Below are positions 54,507-59,297 of a stretch of DNA of 59,297 nt, piece by piece. A program made the translations under genes and the position numbers. This stretch comes from Deltaproteobacteria bacterium (GTDB lineage: Bacteria > Desulfobacterota > Syntrophia > Syntrophales > JAIPED01). The stretch lies in NCBI GenBank assembly GCA_021737325.1, contig JAIPED010000002.1, forward strand, positions 1-59,297, given 5' to 3'. Numbering within the stretch: the first letter of the stretch is position 1; every line of letters begins with the position of its first letter. The notes below the pieces were generated by a model, which ran no database searches, had not been told where the DNA came from, and saw only the letters and a program-made list of their open reading frames with translations.

Positions 54507-56230
54507 TGGCCATTTTCAAAAGGATGTTGACATTTTCGCGGATGTACTTCGACAAATTTTTAATATCCACTTTTTGTATGATTGTTGTTGGTTTACTCTC
54601 CCCCGTTATGGCTTACCTGATTAAGCCAACAATTGATGAAGTTTTTATTAACAAAGATATCAATGCATTACAGTGGATTTCGCTTTCCATCTTGGCGGTA
54701 TTCTTCTTCAAGAATGTGTGTACTTATATCCAGGCTGTTACCATGGGTTATATCGGGCAGAGGATCGTCGCTAATATTCGTAATTCTCTCTACGAGAGTA
54801 TCCAGAGGCAATCGTTGGGATTTTTCACCAAAAACCCCACCGGCATTCTGATGTCGCGCATAACCAACGATGTTGTTTTCATCCAAAGCGCCGTTTCCGA
54901 AACGGTTGCGGGGGTTTTTCGCGATTTCGTTGCTATTGTGGGCTATGTGGGAATGCTCTTTTACCTGGATTGGAAGTTCGCCATCGTGGGCATTATCATC
55001 TTTCCCATCGTGGTTTACCCCATCCGCCGGATAGGTAGCGCGATTCATAAAACTACAACAAGTACGCAGGTAGCCTTGGGCAGGATCTCAACGCTTCTTC
55101 AGGAAACAATCGTGGGAACGAGGATAGTAAAGGCTTTTGGGATGGAGGAACGGGAAAACCAACGCTTCGCGGTGGAAAACGAAAAACTGTTTCGTCTCTA
55201 TTTTAAGGCTCTTCGTACCAATTCAATATCTTCGCCGCTGATGGATTTTTTGGCGGGCATTGGTATTGCAACTATTATTAGTTACGGCGGCTATCAAGTA
55301 ATTGCGGGTAACTCTACTCCGGGAACATTTTTTGCCTTTTTAGCGACACTAATGCTCCTCTATGAACCGATTAAACGCTTAGCAAGTGCAAACAACACCG
55401 TTCAGCAGGGGTTATCCGCCGCCGAGAGGGTTTTTGAAATAATGGATCAAGAGCCAGAAATAACTAACCACCCGCAAGCAGTATCACTGACTGTAGCGCC
55501 AATGACGATAGAATTTCGCCATGTTTCCTTCCGCTATGAAGAAGACTATGTGCTCAACGACATTAATCTCACCATCAAAAGCGGGGAGATTATCGCTTTT
55601 GTTGGAATGAGTGGTAGCGGTAAGTCAACACTGCTGAATCTCATCCCCAGGTTTTACGAGGTAAGCGATGGGGAGTTGCTATTTGATGGTGTTGATATAA
55701 GGCTAATCAAGCTGGAATCGTTAAGAGCGCTTGTGGCTATGGTAACACAGCAGACATTTCTTTTTGACGATACCATTCGTAACAATATCGCCTATGGCAA
55801 TTTTGATAGGAGCGAAGACGAGATTACCAAATCCGCTATTGCGGCAAATGCCCATAAATTTATCATGGCACTTCCCGAGGGGTATAATTCGGTTGTGGGC
55901 GAATTGGGAACAAAGCTTTCCGGCGGCGAAAAACAACGACTTGCAATTGCCCGAGCGCTTCTTAAGGATGCGCCGATTCTTATCCTTGATGAAGCAACTT
56001 CGGCGCTGGATTCGGAATCGGAATTGGAAGTTCAAGATGCCTTAGAACGACTAATGGTGGGTAAAACGACGCTGGTCATTGCGCATCGCCTTTCGACGAT
56101 CAGGAAGGCGGATAAAATCGTGGTGCTTTCCAAGGGGAGAGTTGTGGAAGTTGGTTCCCATGAAGAGCTTTGGGCAAAAAATGGCGAGTATCGTCATCTG
56201 CATGATCTGCAATTCCTGCTACCAAAGTAG
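54503..56230 (+). CDS. msbA: Lipid A export ABC transporter (permease/ATPase fusion)
   Basis: Six-TM domain plus Walker A GMSGSGKST, LSGGEKQRLAIARAL and ILILDEATSALD. Confidence 0.88.
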   Translation: MMAIFKRMLTFSRMYFDKFLISTFCMIVVGLLSPVMAYLIKPTIDEVFINKDINALQWISLSILAVFFFKNVCTYIQAVTMGYIGQRIVANIRNSLYESIQRQSLGFFTKNPTGILMSRITNDVVFIQSAVSETVAGVFRDFVAIVGYVGMLFYLDWKFAIVGIIIFPIVVYPIRRIGSAIHKTTTSTQVALGRISTLLQETIVGTRIVKAFGMEERENQRFAVENEKLFRLYFKALRTNSISSPLMDFLAGIGIATIISYGGYQVIAGNSTPGTFFAFLATLMLLYEPIKRLASANNTVQQGLSAAERVFEIMDQEPEITNHPQAVSLTVAPMTIEFRHVSFRYEEDYVLNDINLTIKSGEIIAFVGMSGSGKSTLLNLIPRFYEVSDGELLFDGVDIRLIKLESLRALVAMVTQQTFLFDDTIRNNIAYGNFDRSEDEITKSAIAANAHKFIMALPEGYNSVVGELGTKLSGGEKQRLAIARALLKDAPILILDEATSALDSESELEVQDALERLMVGKTTLVIAHRLSTIRKADKIVVLSKGRVVEVGSHEELWAKNGEYRHLHDLQFLLPK

Positions 56231-56231
56231 T

Positions 56232-57317
56232 ATGAAGGTCGAATCACTCCTCAACGAAATTTGGTATGGAAAGAAGCCGATCCGCTTCTTAAGCATCCTG
56301 TTACTACCTTTCTCTTTGCTTTATGGATTTTTAAGTTATCTGCGCTCCTTGCTTTTTTCTTTAGGAATGAAAAAAACAGCAAAGTTGCCCGTTCCCGTCA
56401 TTAGTATTGGTAATATCAGCGTTGGAGGCACAGGAAAAACTCCCTTGGTCATTTATATTGCGGAATTTTTACAGAGCAGGGGCAAAAAAGTAGCCGTAGT
56501 TTCTCGGGGTTATAAAGGAAAACGGGACGGAACGAAGGTAAATGTTGTTTCTTCGGGAGAATGCCAAAAGCTTCTTCCCGTCGCGCTGGCGGGAGATGAG
56601 GCCACTCTTCTTGCGGAAAGACTGCCGGGTGTGGCGGTTTTGGTCGGCAACGATCGCGTTGCCTTGGGGGAATACGCTGTCAAAAAGCTCGCGGCGCAAG
56701 TAATCATCGTTGATGACGGTTTTCAGCACCTGCGACTTCATCGCGATCTTAATATTTGTCTTGTTGATGAGATTCGAGGATTGGGCAACTTGTTGCCTCT
56801 TCCTGCTGGTCCGCTTCGTGAGTTTCCCCCTGCTATCGGCAGGGCGGATATTATTGTTACTTCCCATTCTTCAGTTGCGGGGAAGTTACCGGAGAAAACG
56901 GCAAGGATATTAAAAAAAACGGGCAAATCTTTAGTGGTTGTCCGCTACTTACCACAACTGCTGTTGCAGGGTGGAGCTATCCTCCCGCTATCGCTACTGC
57001 AAGACAGGCGCGTCCTTGCCTTCTGCGGGCTGGGTAACCCACAAAGCTTCCGCAACACGCTATGTCAACTGGGGGTGAATTGCGTTGATTTACACTCGTT
57101 TGGGGATCACCACGAATTTAGCTTGAGCGATGTGGAGTTTTTAGAAAAACTCGCAAGGGAGCGAAGAACGGAAATGATCATTACAACGGAAAAAGATGCC
57201 GTGAAGCTCAAAAAATTCCCCCATTTTTTCAAGGGAATCTTTATTTTGCGCATTTCGTTATCCCCTCAAGAGGGAAACGAATATCTGCAAGCTATCATCA
57301 GAGCCGTAGGAATATAG
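56232..57317 (+). CDS. lpxK: Tetraacyldisaccharide 4'-kinase
   Basis: P-loop VISIGNISVGGTGKTP. The start is at MKVESLL, immediately after the msbA stop. Confidence 0.88.
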   Translation: MKVESLLNEIWYGKKPIRFLSILLLPFSLLYGFLSYLRSLLFSLGMKKTAKLPVPVISIGNISVGGTGKTPLVIYIAEFLQSRGKKVAVVSRGYKGKRDGTKVNVVSSGECQKLLPVALAGDEATLLAERLPGVAVLVGNDRVALGEYAVKKLAAQVIIVDDGFQHLRLHRDLNICLVDEIRGLGNLLPLPAGPLREFPPAIGRADIIVTSHSSVAGKLPEKTARILKKTGKSLVVVRYLPQLLLQGGAILPLSLLQDRRVLAFCGLGNPQSFRNTLCQLGVNCVDLHSFGDHHEFSLSDVEFLEKLARERRTEMIITTEKDAVKLKKFPHFFKGIFILRISLSPQEGNEYLQAIIRAVGI

Positions 57318-57399
57318 GAAAAACATCAAGGTGCAACTCAACACTGCCGCGGGTTATGGAACCCACACCGAAGAAATACTTCCACGAAAAGCAACCGAC

Positions 57400-57489
57400 C
57401 TACTTATTTTTATGACGATTGGCTTTGAGACGCTTGCGGTACTTATGCTTGCTAATCTTTTTTTTCCGTTTTTTAACTACACTGCCCAT
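57400..57489 (-). CDS. 29-aa highly basic peptide (bS22 / AURKAIP1-COX24-like small protein)
   Basis: Not in the ORF track because it is shorter than 60 aa. ATG 57489..57487 gives MGSVVKKRKKKISKHKYRKRLKANRHKNK followed by TAG. GAGAGAG lies upstream. Confidence 0.6.
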   Translation of the reverse strand: MGSVVKKRKKKISKHKYRKRLKANRHKNK

Positions 57490-57810
57490 TAATCTCTCTC
57501 ATTCCACCGAAAACTTTCGGCGCAGGTAACACCAAAAATTAGCAATGGCAATATGTTTTTGATATTTTAGGTGATTAATATCATCATCGTACTCTTGAAC
57601 ATTATTGCTACCGCATCAATTTTGGTTTTTCTCTCAAGGGGCTTTATTCTTCGTGCCCCCTTGCGTTCTCAGTTAACCCAACCCTTGGTCTGCAATTCCC
57701 ACAAAGCTTTTATTTGCGAGTTTTTGGTAAACAAATTCTTGTACACCCGGCGCACTGAAAGCTAAATTAGCGCCACTTTGTGGGGGGACACTTATTCAAG
57801 CATGATCTCC

Positions 57811-58263
57811 TCAAATCTTCTTTTTGATGTAGAGGGTTTTAATCCCCTTGGCAATCATAACTCCCGTTTTATCAACAACATCAACGCCCAAATCGTAAAG
57901 CACTCGCCTACCATCTTCCGCCAGGGCCTTTATCTCCGCCACTTGCTGGGGGCTAATCACAAAATTGGCAAAGACCCTATCCTTGCTCGCCTTAAGGAAT
58001 TCTATCTTGGCGGATTTATCCCAAACCGTATATTCCTTCCCCAAGAGCTTTATCAGCATCAGCATGTAAAACGGATCGGTCATTGCATAGAGAGAACCGC
58101 CAAAATGAGTCTTCACATAGTTACGGTTATACCAATGCATTCCCATCTCGACCCTAATGCGGGTAAAGTCCTGAGCAATTTCCTTTACGACAATTCCCGT
58201 TGCCCAGTAGGGAGGATAGCAATTAATCAGTAGTTTTAAATAGGTAGCAGGTGAAATCATCAT
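57811..58263 (-). CDS. Hotdog-fold thioesterase-like protein (DUF4442-like)
   Basis: 150 aa. Its start overlaps the hisD stop (ATGA coupling). The family assignment is from memory of the sequence pattern and is only moderately certain. Confidence 0.55.
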   Translation of the reverse strand: MMISPATYLKLLINCYPPYWATGIVVKEIAQDFTRIRVEMGMHWYNRNYVKTHFGGSLYAMTDPFYMLMLIKLLGKEYTVWDKSAKIEFLKASKDRVFANFVISPQQVAEIKALAEDGRRVLYDLGVDVVDKTGVMIAKGIKTLYIKKKI

Positions 58264-59297
58264 ACACTTTCCTTTCTTTTCTCACGGAGATGTTGCGTTC
58301 GTATGCGCACGGAGTTGGCATGGGCGGTAAGCCCTTCGGCTTGAGCGAGGGTGGCGGTAGCGGAAGCCAATTTGCGGAAAGCTTCTTGGGAAAAAGAAAG
58401 AAAGCTCATGCGTTTGGTGAAGCTATACACTCCCAATGGTGAAGCAAAACGGGCTGTTCCCGATGTTGGCAGGATGTGGTTCGCACCGGCAAGATAATCG
58501 CCCAGAGCTTCGGGAGAGTAATCACCCAAAAACACCGAGCCTGCGTTACGAATTTTGCCTAATAATCTACGGGGATTTTTTGCCATTATCTCCAGATGTT
58601 CGGGAGCAAAATCGTTGGCGATAGCAACTGCTTCCGCGATATCACGAACAATCACCACTAAACCATTTTTACTAAGCGCTTGCCGCGCAATTTGAGCGGT
58701 ATCCATGTTCGCCAATTGGAGCGCAATGGCCCCCGCAACATCCACCGCAAGCTCCTCGCTCGTGGTTACGATAATGGAACTCGCCCTTTCATCGTGTTCC
58801 GCCTGGGCGAGCATATCGCTGGCGATGTAAGCGGGAATGGCCAGATCATCGGCGATGATCATCACCTCACTGGGGCCTGCGACCATATCAATATCCACCT
58901 GGCCAAAAACCAGCTTCTTGGCGCAAGCCACATAAGCGTTGCCCGGACCTACTATTTTATCAACCTGCGGAATTGTTTCCGTGCCGTAGGAGAGCGCTGC
59001 AATTGCCTGCGCTCCTCCCACCCGAAAAAACTTATCTATTGTGCAAAGCTTGGTCGCGTAAGCGATGAGGGGGTTAATTTCTCCGCTACGCTGGGGTGAG
59101 CAAAGGATTATTTCGTCCACCCCCGCAATTCTTGCGGGTATCGCTGCCATCAGTATTGTTGAAGGATAAGAAGCAAGTCCTCCTGGGGCGTAGATTCCCA
59201 CCCGCTCTAGGGGAAGGACTTTCTGTCCTAACAGCACTCCTGGTTCTTTTTCACAGGTGTAGCCCGTAGTAACCTGTTTTTGATGGTATTCCTTTAT
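58260..59297 (-). CDS. hisD: Histidinol dehydrogenase; the 5' end lies beyond the right window edge
   Basis: The frame is open to position 59297 (IKEYHQKQVTTGYTCEKEPGVLLGQKVLPLERVGIYAPGG). Motifs GPGNAYVA and QAEHDE are present. Confidence 0.9.
   Translation of the reverse strand: MKEYHQKQVTTGYTCEKEPGVLLGQKVLPLERVGIYAPGGLASYPSTILMAAIPARIAGVDEIILCSPQRSGEINPLIAYATKLCTIDKFFRVGGAQAIAALSYGTETIPQVDKIVGPGNAYVACAKKLVFGQVDIDMVAGPSEVMIIADDLAIPAYIASDMLAQAEHDERASSIIVTTSEELAVDVAGAIALQLANMDTAQIARQALSKNGLVVIVRDIAEAVAIANDFAPEHLEIMAKNPRRLLGKIRNAGSVFLGDYSPEALGDYLAGANHILPTSGTARFASPLGVYSFTKRMSFLSFSQEAFRKLASATATLAQAEGLTAHANSVRIRTQHLREKRKESV

Noticed and set aside
57490-57810. An open frame continues past the DUF4442-like gene stop (…KKKI-TGA-GDHA-TGA-ISVPPQSGANLAFSAPGVQEFVYQKLANKSFVGIADQGLG). 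I considered it as another Sec read-through or as a pseudogene remnant.
   Set aside because: It would need two TGAs within five codons. There is no stem-loop at the 11-nt position, no recognisable domain, and no start codon of its own. This is most likely non-coding spacer, though a decayed gene fragment cannot be excluded.
1-59297. A search by eye for CRISPR arrays, IS elements or transposases, integrases, rRNA genes, and toxin-antitoxin or known defence gene pairs beyond the Type III R-M system.
   Set aside because: I found no regularly spaced direct repeats, no transposase- or integrase-like ORFs and no rRNA-like sequence. A computational repeat and HMM scan would be needed to be certain.

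Overview
This 59.3-kb chromosomal window comes from a Gram-negative bacterium, shown by the lolCD-bamA-skp-lpxDAB-msbA-lpxK block. Its gene content looks anaerobic: reverse rubrerythrin plus PerR, hybrid-cluster protein plus HcpR, ThyX, LL-DAP aminotransferase and many multihaem cytochromes. I infer a Desulfobacterota/deltaproteobacteria-like lineage, but cannot verify that here.

The left edge is a visibly AT-rich Type III restriction-modification island (XRE regulator, mod, res). It sits directly 3' of two tRNA-Ser genes, and its mod gene is frameshifted at a homopolymer.

The main result is that the ORF track splits three genes at an in-frame TGA that is best read as selenocysteine (Sec, U). 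Each TGA is followed, after exactly 11 nt, by a stem-loop, which is bacterial SECIS geometry. selA is also in the window. The three genes are:
- a signal-peptide HMA/MerP-like metallochaperone with C-T-T-U in place of CxxC (25520..25831, minus strand);
- a Cu/Ag-type P1B ATPase with GMT-U-ASC in place of GMTCxxC (26945..29158, minus strand);
- an 11-haem c-type cytochrome with a single Sec (37418..38677, plus strand).

The cytochrome heads a cluster that also holds two periplasmic tandem-rhodanese proteins, a nine-haem/cytochrome-b fusion (CbcL-like), and ResB/CcsA. I consider this cluster the best candidate for an undescribed system: a Sec-dependent periplasmic chalcogen (S/Se) redox module.

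The rest of the window is housekeeping. I saw no CRISPR array, IS element, integrase or rRNA gene.
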